Below are positions 9,501-15,928 of a stretch of DNA of 32,000 nucleotides, in pieces (the stretch's first letter is position 1; every line of letters starts with the position of its first letter). The stretch is from an uncultured archaeon (lineage in GTDB: Archaea > Iainarchaeota > Iainarchaeia > Iainarchaeales > JAAZKV01): assembly GCA_964551375.1 (NCBI GenBank), contig CAZKBG010000001.1, forward strand, positions 390,001 to 422,000, given 5' to 3'. Made by a program: the position numbers and the translations under genes. The notes below the pieces were generated by a model. The model made no database searches. It saw only the letters and a program-made list of their open reading frames with translations, and had not been told where the DNA came from.

Positions 9501-9579
9501 AAGACGCAGCTAATGCAGTCTGGAGAAATAAAAATAAAACTGCAAGGACTGCAAGAGAGAGAAAAAATTTATTTTTCAT
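6559..9579 (-). CDS. Giant (about 1000 aa) Cys-rich cell-surface protein with signal peptide, MopE-like CNGxDDDCDG motif and C-terminal TM anchor
   Basis: ORF track gives 6559..9600. The ATG at 9577-9579 yields a classical signal peptide (MKNKFFLSLAVLAVLFLFLQTALA). Cys-rich region at aa 87-245 includes EICNGADDDCDGSRDEG (8929-8979). Internal duplication around the motif DPDVF. C-terminus is TVPDSNPFVLIIVALVALFILLGRNKKGKKINL. Confidence 0.85.
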   Translation of the reverse strand: MKNKFFLSLAVLAVLFLFLQTALAASCVAPNATYTQGAMNITGGDYNCSYYYDKTRVPNGQPYFGQMYVGDFPFYNMYDSCDSPDLNYNEQMCVCTGDGDYCAKCKNGANKVNLCLDKSPSCCCSCTDGQCGAGNTQICNNCRWQASTCSVLNQCSGNFSQRCTGCEWAPSECSAIGVCKANTTGKKCNGCAYVNVSGVAEICNGADDDCDGSRDEGFQCINGTLNGDQTMFCNNSCVWEKVKLPPQATQRAAPYTTSIVSTATVLTINIVGECTANKTTIASANGCMWAVAPADCSIINSVVTSQNGGVVKINTAQLTCTNVNSRTFDLNLIATDSEGLITTTTTQVSITSIVCDPNAQFLNIQNTIPSIPQMSPSTDKNALSGSMRVYVGPVIDPDVFVTGQVLKYSGGVYIFGSPPTLAVPYSTSNSFVKSDLNRALDNCIMVSVFDGIIDVNSATSNCLPVVDNITIWNSTAGGQLQGTKYLRNHFNSGGDPGEELSCSFASHDADTPQINYTIKLFAKRPSMAPVVAGQASGTMLSGATVTVPFQITNYPSTSHTYPVGTRFYCSAEINDSFFNDVLSSASLSTWTPKGSWDGDTSAPNGYIEVVNTIPQKAVMASIDRDNLSRLIFTRVSSGVDPDVFIVAEGGQSLSYFARIFVADVNLPPASYGTNLIKGDFNTADSSGVFSQTLTMERDFCSEGRVFDGIEYSPVSNKKCSLETPFNPDCPDFTVVVSPPESVCVNNPEGKTSVISGISCARNNAHIDEDWNLGIFNAQVKNANQFVMPVSGFIGITDCNETVQTSRVVYDSNIEGIYSIEYYYGGLYNNVPLSCTKQIQVITKGCDSNNPVIYENNSSGCSSLGFLVSNLRILPKANNKTDVNFAISCTRQTAVNLITLKRNSAIVAQSYVNPSYNINCPAGSLVNVSSTFDSNAAGSYDLFIDFNSSACRAVASFNVSPAGVSLEIPKPETVTVPDSNPFVLIIVALVALFILLGRNKKGKKINL
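6562..6660 (-). other. C-terminal tripartite sorting-signal-like segment: TVPDSNPF motif, hydrophobic helix, Lys-rich tail
   Basis: Read from translation. Closely matches the C-terminus of the 26080..27273 protein (TIPDNNIFVLLVLLAGIIFIVTKNKGNKRLKK). Confidence 0.5.
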
Positions 9580-9583
9580 CCAA

Positions 9584-10468
9584 TCACTGACTTTGCTCAA
9601 ATGACCTTACTGCATAATTTGGAATTTGAGAAGTATCCTGTGAAGAAGCCGATACTGTAATATATCCGTCAGTGCTGTTTGCCACACAATAAAGTTTTCC
9701 CCCGACTTTTGCTTTAGGAACATCAAAAGTGTAACCTGCGGTTGTTCCGACATACTGCGGAGATTCTAAAAGCTTTGAAGTTGAGCCGTCTCGGTTAATT
9801 ACCCACAAACTTATCTTTGATCCAACAGTATCTCCATCTGCATCAGACACATCAACTTTGCAAAATATTCTGTCCTGAGCCGCGTTATAATTTAACATGT
9901 AATCAACAAAGCTCACCCCAATTCTTGCTGGAAGAGAGGCATTTTTAATTTCAATTTTTGAGATTACAGGAGGACGGTTTATAAGATAATTAATTGAGCC
10001 ATAATTTCTTCCGCCGGAGCAATCTTCATAATTTCCGCCGGAACTGGTAAAACTCACACCAAAACCCGATACTGTTTTCCACCCGGGGCTCATTGAAGCT
10101 AAAAAACTGCCCGCCCCTGAAGTCGCGCAATTAGTGCTCCTTAATACGCAACAGTTCAAAAGAGTCTTGCAGCCAACAGCACCTGTATTTCCCGGCTGAA
10201 CAAGAGCGCCTGAAAATAAGAAGCACCCATCAGCCAAGCCGTACTCCGCCTGTCTAATCCATAAATTTAACGAGTTTGTTCCGCCGTTAGCGCAAACTCC
10301 TCCTGAGCCGTAACCGTTTACAAAAACAGTTTCGCCAGGATTATACACATCTTTATTTGTAGCAAAAGAATAAACTGCATTGCCTGCATAAAATGTCGCC
10401 CCTGAGGCGCTTACAAATGAAGCAATTACTAAAAGCACCGCTAAAATTAATATTTTCTTAAACAACAT
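9584..10468 (-). CDS. Secreted protein (signal peptide, Cys-containing N-domain, Ig-like C-domain)
   Basis: 294-aa ORF with N-terminus MLFKKILILAVLLVIASFVSASG. The stop overlaps or abuts the start of the downstream giant gene. Confidence 0.75.
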   Translation of the reverse strand: MLFKKILILAVLLVIASFVSASGATFYAGNAVYSFATNKDVYNPGETVFVNGYGSGGVCANGGTNSLNLWIRQAEYGLADGCFLFSGALVQPGNTGAVGCKTLLNCCVLRSTNCATSGAGSFLASMSPGWKTVSGFGVSFTSSGGNYEDCSGGRNYGSINYLINRPPVISKIEIKNASLPARIGVSFVDYMLNYNAAQDRIFCKVDVSDADGDTVGSKISLWVINRDGSTSKLLESPQYVGTTAGYTFDVPKAKVGGKLYCVANSTDGYITVSASSQDTSQIPNYAVRSFEQSQ

Positions 10469-10475
10469 AATCGCC

Positions 10476-11780
10476 TCATTTTTTTGCTCTCTTTTTTATA
10501 ATTACCACAACTGCAATTATTATAATCAAAATTACTATTACTCCACCAATTAAAACTAAAACTCCCCCATTACCCATTCCGCCAGTCTGGGGTTCACTTG
10601 CTGGATCATATACTAAGCCAGTAACTTTTGTGAAGCGCTCTTCCTGACCAGGAGTTGAATTAAATATTTCAGCTTTCATCTCATCAAGAACATTTCCATT
10701 CTTTCCGAGAAGTTTTACTGTAACTACAGGATTAGGACAATTTGCATTAATTGGAACTGATAACTGGACAAGCCAGTCCTTATTTTTAGCCATTGCCTTT
10801 GATTCATTACTAGAACAGGATGTTCCATTAGAAGACAAGCTTGCTTCAACAGTCATTCCTTCAAACAAAGTTGTTTTTCTTGCGTTTGGATATGAATCTG
10901 CTGAAGGAGTCCAAAACACATTTAATATCGCATTTTCTCCTGTGGAGTAGCTTTTTTTATCAGCAGTAATATTTTGAACAGTCCCTGATTCTCCGCTCAA
11001 AACATAATGAGCAACTATTTTATTTGAAACTTCTTTTCCTGTTCCATCGACAAGAACTGCTACCACATCATAAGCCTGAGGTTTTACTGGGTTAGGAAGA
11101 TTAATTTCAAAATCAGGTTTTGCGCCGCTAAGTTCAATCACTTGAGCAGTATCATCAACTGCGGAAACTAATTCCCCATAAATACTTCTAAAATATGTTG
11201 AAAATTTTGGGTGAACGCTTATATTTCCAAGCCCGTTTTCAGAACTGCACGAAAGGCTTAATTTTTCATCAGCAGTAAAAGCAACCCCTTCAATTAAACT
11301 AAAAGTGTTATTTTCATCAGCAATTTTTATTTTGCAAAAAGAAGGCATTACTTCAATCATCCCTTTTGCTCCGCTTATCTGAACATCCCCAGCTCTTGCA
11401 ACTGCAAGCTCTAATCCTTTAGGATTTCTTACTGAAACCCAAACTTGGTAAAAACCATCAGTTAAATTTGAAAGACTTATATTCGCCGAAACCAAAACTT
11501 TAGAATTAGCATCAAGATTAATTATTTTATCAAACACTTCTTCAAACGCCACAAATTCGCCCTTTATTGTCGGCTTAATTAACTTCACGCCGTACTTCAA
11601 TTGAGGCTGATAATTTCCTGCATTTAGAATAGTAAAATTTACATCAAGTTGCGAGCCGGTCTGAACTGATTCAATGCTCACAACCCCAACATTTGCAACC
11701 ACTTGAGGCTCCTCTGCAAATGAAATTGAACAAACTGCAATAAGAAGCAAAAAAATTGCCAACACTTTTCTAAAATCCAT
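10476..11780 (-). CDS. Surface protein with signal peptide, repeated beta-sandwich (CARDB-like) segments and C-terminal TM anchor
   Basis: 434-aa ORF. N-terminus MDFRKVLAIFLLLIAVCSISFA. C-terminus GGMGNGGVLVLIGGVIVILIIIIAVVVIIKKRAKK. Confidence 0.75.
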   Translation of the reverse strand: MDFRKVLAIFLLLIAVCSISFAEEPQVVANVGVVSIESVQTGSQLDVNFTILNAGNYQPQLKYGVKLIKPTIKGEFVAFEEVFDKIINLDANSKVLVSANISLSNLTDGFYQVWVSVRNPKGLELAVARAGDVQISGAKGMIEVMPSFCKIKIADENNTFSLIEGVAFTADEKLSLSCSSENGLGNISVHPKFSTYFRSIYGELVSAVDDTAQVIELSGAKPDFEINLPNPVKPQAYDVVAVLVDGTGKEVSNKIVAHYVLSGESGTVQNITADKKSYSTGENAILNVFWTPSADSYPNARKTTLFEGMTVEASLSSNGTSCSSNESKAMAKNKDWLVQLSVPINANCPNPVVTVKLLGKNGNVLDEMKAEIFNSTPGQEERFTKVTGLVYDPASEPQTGGMGNGGVLVLIGGVIVILIIIIAVVVIIKKRAKK

Positions 11781-11849
11781 CTGAATTATTACTGATTTGA
11801 GATATATTAATATTACTAGTTAAACAAACTTGATAATATTTTGACAAAT

Positions 11850-11857
11850 TTTATAAA
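11850..11857 (+). promoter_or_regulatory. TTTATAAA TATA box with BRE-like acaaat on its low-coordinate side; would drive a plus-strand transcript starting near 11880
   Basis: Read directly. The BRE consensus RNWAAW fits on the plus orientation only. Alternative reading: on the minus strand the same T-rich stretch could act as a terminator. Confidence 0.4.
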
Positions 11858-11879
11858 ATAAACTAATTAATCCTGACAC

Positions 11880-12156
11880 TAGCATAACATGTGACCAAGC
11901 AAAACAAAGTTTTGCGGGTCCCGTAAAACCTGCTGGTTTTACTTGGAGCGCTAGCGAACCCAGACAGCTAATGCGAAGCCAGTGGAGCGCAAGCGACACA
12001 CTCGGCGTCAACCGACGTGTCGGTTGAGGCAAAGGAGGAGGCCACAATAGCCGTTGAACAACAATTAGTCAAGCCTGTTCAACTGCTACTGATGCAAAGC
12101 CGGGGCCGAATTCATGCTTGGGGTTGGGGTTGGGCGCATGAAAATGACTTTTTTTC
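11880..12156. ncRNA. GC-rich, hairpin-dense island (core 11895-12092); candidate structured RNA of unknown family, strand unresolved
   Basis: Perfect hairpins: gcaaaac-aaa-gttttgc (11899-11915), gtaaaacc-tgct-ggttttac (11923-11942), tcaaccga-cgtg-tcggttga (12008-12027). A long hairpin spans 12045-12091. Direct repeat ggagcgcTagcgaA / ggagcgcAagcgaC at 11945 and 11984. T7 on the plus strand at 12150-12156. The only ORF here (11820..12047) has implausible composition. Confidence 0.45.
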
Positions 12157-12598
12157 CTGACCTTACACTTACTAAGTGGCCTTCTCTCGCTAATCTATTT
12201 AAACGCTGGCTTGCAGCGTTCGTATTTCTATAGGAAAGTCTCAACTGAATGTCCTGTGCCGAAACCATTCCGACTTCAGCAATCATTTGCATGATGTGCT
12301 GGTCTGGCTCCGAAAGGATTTTTTGCTGAGCTGTGCTGGAGTTATTGGAGTTATTTTTCACTAACAATTCCTCAATCTTCGCGAACTTCTGCTCCAACCT
12401 GGCAAGTATTCGGTTGGTTTCTTCTCTCTCTTTTGTAAGTTTGTATAGTAATGCTGCGAGGAAAGCTGGATTGGATGACTCTTTCATGACTTCCTGCATA
12501 TCAACGCTTAAGTCACTAAACTCAGGAGAAATACGCTTAACCGCGTTCAGTTCGTTTAGTAACTTCTGGGCATCATACGAAGTATCATGATCAGCCAT
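12086..12598 (-). CDS. Winged-helix transcription regulator with N-terminal coiled coil
   Basis: 170-aa ORF. C-terminal wHTH-like SAQDIQLRLSYRNTNAASQRLNRLAREGHLVSVRSGKKVIF. The P/T-rich tail is read from the GC island. Confidence 0.65.
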   Translation of the reverse strand: MADHDTSYDAQKLLNELNAVKRISPEFSDLSVDMQEVMKESSNPAFLAALLYKLTKEREETNRILARLEQKFAKIEELLVKNNSNNSSTAQQKILSEPDQHIMQMIAEVGMVSAQDIQLRLSYRNTNAASQRLNRLAREGHLVSVRSGKKVIFMRPTPTPSMNSAPALHQ

Positions 12599-12624
12599 AT
12601 CAGTATCATGATACTATCATGATA
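12582..12624. promoter_or_regulatory. Three copies of the palindrome ATCATGAT (cores 12584-12591, 12605-12612, 12616-12623) around the start codon and TATA box of the wHTH gene; candidate autoregulatory operator
   Basis: Read directly. Copy 2 is the 12-bp perfect palindrome GTATCATGATAC. Centre spacing is 21 and 11 bp. TATA (tatataaata on minus) lies at 12623-12632, about 30 nt upstream of the ATG at 12598. Confidence 0.55.
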
Positions 12625-12810
12625 TTTATATACTTATGCCCTTTCGAAATGCAACCCGACAAAAGCTTACGACTTGCCTTTCCAAACCAATAGAATTAGC
12701 ATCAGTAAGCGCAAAAGAACTATTTAAATGTTATTAAACTCAAAAAAAATTTAAAATATTAAATAAAACAAAAACTAAGCATCCGAATAATAAAAATTAA
12801 ATCTTTCAAT

Positions 12811-12855
12811 AAAAAAAGGCTAAATAAAAAAATAAATTAGCGGGAAAAATCCCGC
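12811..12855 (-). terminator. Hairpin gcggga-aaaa-tcccgc followed by T-rich runs, downstream of Alba
   Basis: Stem at 12840-12855. On the minus strand it is followed by taatttatttttttatttagccttttttt. Confidence 0.5.
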
Positions 12856-12866
12856 AAAACTGTTCG

Positions 12867-13232
12867 TTACTTCTTTGTCAAAATGATTTCAATTGATGAA
12901 ACTTTAAGAGGCCTTCCGTCCTGAGTAACAACCTCTTCAGTCGCAATGCTGATATTAACAATCTTAATTGTAGTGTCACGATTTCTCACAATTTCAGCAA
13001 CATCAACCGCTCTTGAAATTGATTTTCCCCTTGCTTTAATTATAACCTCTTTAGCTCCAGTGCCAAACTGTGTTACAACTGCTAAAACGTAAGCCATCGC
13101 CCCTTTTTTGCCAATGTAAACAAAGTTGCCTATTGCTTCCTGCACTTGCTCTTCTGCGACTTCCTTTGCCATATCCTTTGTGTTTTCCTTTGCTTCCTTT
13201 GCTTCTTTCTTTGATTCTTTTCTTTCCGCCAT
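12867..13232 (-). CDS. albA: Alba chromatin / RNA-binding protein with about 35-aa Lys/Glu-rich N-terminal extension
   Basis: The core [50 protein letters not shown] is typical Alba. GGAGG lies 8 nt upstream of the ATG. Confidence 0.85.
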   Translation of the reverse strand: MAERKESKKEAKEAKENTKDMAKEVAEEQVQEAIGNFVYIGKKGAMAYVLAVVTQFGTGAKEVIIKARGKSISRAVDVAEIVRNRDTTIKIVNISIATEEVVTQDGRPLKVSSIEIILTKK

Positions 13233-13389
13233 GATAGATTCCTCCGAGAGTATTGCTTAACCAATTGCCCATTGAAAATAATTAAAAAGGCATCGAGAGA
13301 GTGATAAAACGCATTGAAAAACGACGCAGAATACAGGCCAAAAAAATTCGAATTAAAAAAACCACCAAATTAACTTAAAATTAAAATTA

Positions 13390-13447
13390 GAAAAAAATAA
13401 AAAAAATAAAAAGAGAGGGATGAGCGAAATGCACTCGCATTCGCTCA
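13390..13447 (-). terminator. Hairpin (tgagcgaaatgc / gcattcgctca) plus long T-rich run downstream of the 13462 gene
   Basis: About 11-bp stem at 13421-13447. On the minus strand it is followed by ccctctctttttattttttttattttttt. Confidence 0.55.
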
Positions 13448-13461
13448 CTTCTTTTCTATAT

Positions 13462-14316
13462 CTACTTTAAGTAGAATATAGTGTTGTTGAAGATTCCAGG
13501 AGTCATCCCAGGATCGTAGTTGAAATAAATTACTGTGCCCATCATTGGGAAGCTCTTCTTTTCAAGGATAGCATCAAATGTCTTTGATACGCTTTCTCCC
13601 TGGATGTAAGCTACTCTCTTAGCGCCTGCGTCAGGAGCAATTTCAAGAGTTCTTACTACTATTGGAGCCTGTCCTACTGGAGGAGCAGTTTCAATTCCGT
13701 TCATGATTGGGTGCTCATAATCCTGAGCCCAAACTCTGCCTACTACGCTTACTTCTTTTCCTTCAGCGCATGAAGGCACACCGTCAGAACCTGCAATGCA
13801 GTTAGCCGGAACTATATCACCCATTGTGGCTTTCCAGTTAGTTACATCGTTTGAAGTATAACCTCCAAATCCAGCGCTCTGATAAACGCCTGAGTTCATT
13901 ACGACAACTAATTTGCCGCCCTTTTGAACATATTTTTGAAGCGCTTCTCCTAGAGAAACAGTTATACTTTTGTCTGCTATGTTACTTTGATCTAAAATTA
14001 CAATATCATACTGATGGAATTCTTCAGTTGAAGCCATTCCAAATGTTGCTGCATCTCTTTGTCTCCATGTAACAAAATAAGATAGTCTGTCAAGACCAGC
14101 TCTCTCCCCAAGCGAAGGCTCTCCGATAAACAAAACGTTTACCCTTGCGCTTCCTTTTGGAAGATAAGGCACATCAACAACACCAAAATAGTTTAGTGAC
14201 GCAACCCCGATTATTACTAAGAGAATCAAAGGAATAATACCTTCAAGGTTCATCCTTTTTACTGCACCGCCAAGAGCAGGAGCTCCAGCGCCAGCATCTT
14301 CTCCTCCTTCATACAT
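13462..14316 (-). CDS. Membrane-anchored protein with class I glutamine-amidotransferase-like (ThuA/DUF4159-like) domain; paralog of the next gene
   Basis: N-terminal TM. Motif series RVNVLFIGE ... YDIVILDQ ... LQKYVQKGGKLVVV ... EHPIMNGI ... RVAYI. GGAG-type SD upstream. An alternative start exists at Met22. Confidence 0.5.
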   Translation of the reverse strand: MYEGGEDAGAGAPALGGAVKRMNLEGIIPLILLVIIGVASLNYFGVVDVPYLPKGSARVNVLFIGEPSLGERAGLDRLSYFVTWRQRDAATFGMASTEEFHQYDIVILDQSNIADKSITVSLGEALQKYVQKGGKLVVVMNSGVYQSAGFGGYTSNDVTNWKATMGDIVPANCIAGSDGVPSCAEGKEVSVVGRVWAQDYEHPIMNGIETAPPVGQAPIVVRTLEIAPDAGAKRVAYIQGESVSKTFDAILEKKSFPMMGTVIYFNYDPGMTPGIFNNTIFYLK

Positions 14317-14488
14317 CTAAAACCCTCTCCTTTTTTCACTTAATCAAATGAATTGATTAAATTTACTAAATATTACTCTTTTTCGTAGTTTTTAATGGTT
14401 TCGCCCAATCAAAAACCAAGAAAAGTAACGATTTTGTGATTAATAAACCTTACCTAAACAAAACCGCCAAAATTTCACTTGACAAAAA

Positions 14489-15508
14489 TCATCTCCCCAT
14501 CATTCCAAAGTACATTCTTTTCACGTACTGGAAATAATTATTGTCAGAATAAAACCATTCAGGAGGATATGCATAATACGCAACTCTCTCTCCAAGACCG
14601 ATTGAAGAAGTCGCAATGATTGGAATATTTTTTGGAATCTGCACAGTCTTTCCATTCCCCACTCCGCCGTGATTTAAGTTAAGAACAATATTTCCAACTG
14701 AAGAATCTGAAATTGGTTTCACAATTGCAAAATCCCTTTCTTTTGTAATTTTAAAATTAAGAGCCGAAGCTGTGCCGTAAATTAATGGATGCTCGCCTGT
14801 AACTTCAGCTTCAAGAGAACCAACGCTAAAAGGAGTCTCTGGGCAATTCACTTGGCTGCAATAATTATCAACATATTTTAATCCAAGGAATTCATCAAAA
14901 TTAACCAAGTCATAGCTTGTAGCAGTATCTTTGATTCTAAACCATGGATTGTCTGCAACTTTTGGCCCGGTATCGGAACAATTAATATCTTCCCTCACAG
15001 TGCCGAACTCATCAGAAGGAACTGTCCTTACTCCAATTGAATTTCTTTCGCAAATACTGTCAGAATAATCCCTTACTTCACCCTCTCCAAATTCAACTCC
15101 TGAATCCCCAATCCACACCAGGCGCCCGCCGTTCTTATTTACATAATCTTCAAACATCAATAACTGGTCGGCTGAAAGCTTTCTTGCATGCTCAACAATG
15201 ACTAATTTATATTTTTTTAAATTCCCGATTGTAACCCTATCCACGTGCTGGGCATCAACCGCGCCAACGCCGACATATCTTGCGTCCTGAAGAAGAGTTT
15301 TTAATTTTTCAGGCTCGCCCATTCCAGAGTCGCCGTAAACAATCAAAACTCTTGGAGAGCCGATTACCGCATCATATGCTTGGCACCAATACGGAGAAAT
15401 GTCCTTGCACTCAGTAATACCAGTCCAAGTGAGAATGAACAAAACTACCGCAATAAGAATTAATATCCCAAGAACCTTCATTCCCAAATCAAATTTTTCT
15501 TCCAACAA
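14489..15508 (-). CDS. Membrane-anchored GATase1-like domain protein, paralog of 13462..14316
   Basis: Same motif order: RVLIVYGD ... YKLVIVEH ... EDYVNKNGGRLVWIG ... EHPLIYG ... RVAYY. N-terminal TM. Confidence 0.5.
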   Translation of the reverse strand: MLEEKFDLGMKVLGILILIAVVLFILTWTGITECKDISPYWCQAYDAVIGSPRVLIVYGDSGMGEPEKLKTLLQDARYVGVGAVDAQHVDRVTIGNLKKYKLVIVEHARKLSADQLLMFEDYVNKNGGRLVWIGDSGVEFGEGEVRDYSDSICERNSIGVRTVPSDEFGTVREDINCSDTGPKVADNPWFRIKDTATSYDLVNFDEFLGLKYVDNYCSQVNCPETPFSVGSLEAEVTGEHPLIYGTASALNFKITKERDFAIVKPISDSSVGNIVLNLNHGGVGNGKTVQIPKNIPIIATSSIGLGERVAYYAYPPEWFYSDNNYFQYVKRMYFGMMGR

Positions 15509-15592
15509 ATCACCAAAAACTACTTTTATAAACCTGTCAGCATTTAATGAATACTAGTAAGAGTATTCTCTAACACATATAAAAATGGTGAT

Positions 15593-15775
15593 GTGATGGT
15601 AAAATTTGTTAAATCAAAGCCTTCTGAAGCAGGAAGCGGCCCAAGCTCGGCAATTGGAATCATGAGATTCTTTGACGCTGACTCAAAAAGCCCTCAAATA
15701 AGCCCATATTTTTTAATCGGCGTAACAATCGTTTTTGTTATAGCTCTGCTTGTTCTAAAATCAATGTGGAGATAA
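15593..15775 (+). CDS. secG: Preprotein translocase Sec61-beta / archaeal SecG
   Basis: 60 aa. SSAIGIMRFFDADSKSPQISPYFLIGVTIVFVIALLVL matches the archaeal Sec61-beta pattern (xGLxRYxDE...KIxPxxV plus C-terminal TM). Confidence 0.75.
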   Translation: MMVKFVKSKPSEAGSGPSSAIGIMRFFDADSKSPQISPYFLIGVTIVFVIALLVLKSMWR

Positions 15776-15928
15776 AAACTCCACAAAACAGTTTTTTAAT
15801 AAAAAAAACACAACACTTGACTTTTTTAGCTCTTGTCAAAGGCAAGTGAGATAAAAATTAAATTAACTTTTTAAAAAAAGAAGAAGTTTTTGTTAGATTA
15901 ATTTTATTTTTATCTAATTAGTTCAATT

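Noticed and set aside
11820-12047. 75-aa ORF in the GC-rich island
   Set aside because: It has a P/L/S/C-rich implausible sequence with no start context. The region is better explained as structured RNA.
11880-12156. Assigning the GC island to SRP RNA, RNase P RNA or a split/permuted tRNA
   Set aside because: Some strings resemble known motifs: CCGUAAAACCUGC...UACUUGGAGCGCUAGCG versus the human Alu-domain CCUGUAGUCCCAGCUACUCGGGAGGCUGAGG, and GCAAAGCCGGGGC versus the RNase P CR-I. But the conserved SRP helix-8 GNAR/AGCA core, the GGAAAGUCC and ACAGAA P4 strands in the correct order, and any T-loop are all missing. Identity is left open pending cmscan.
12636-12737. 33-aa plus-strand sORF (MPFRNATRQKLTTCLSKPIELASVSAKELFKCY) divergent from the wHTH gene
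   Set aside because: It has no SD and no correctly spaced TATA box. The only TATA is about 5 nt upstream and serves the wHTH gene. There is no recognisable motif.
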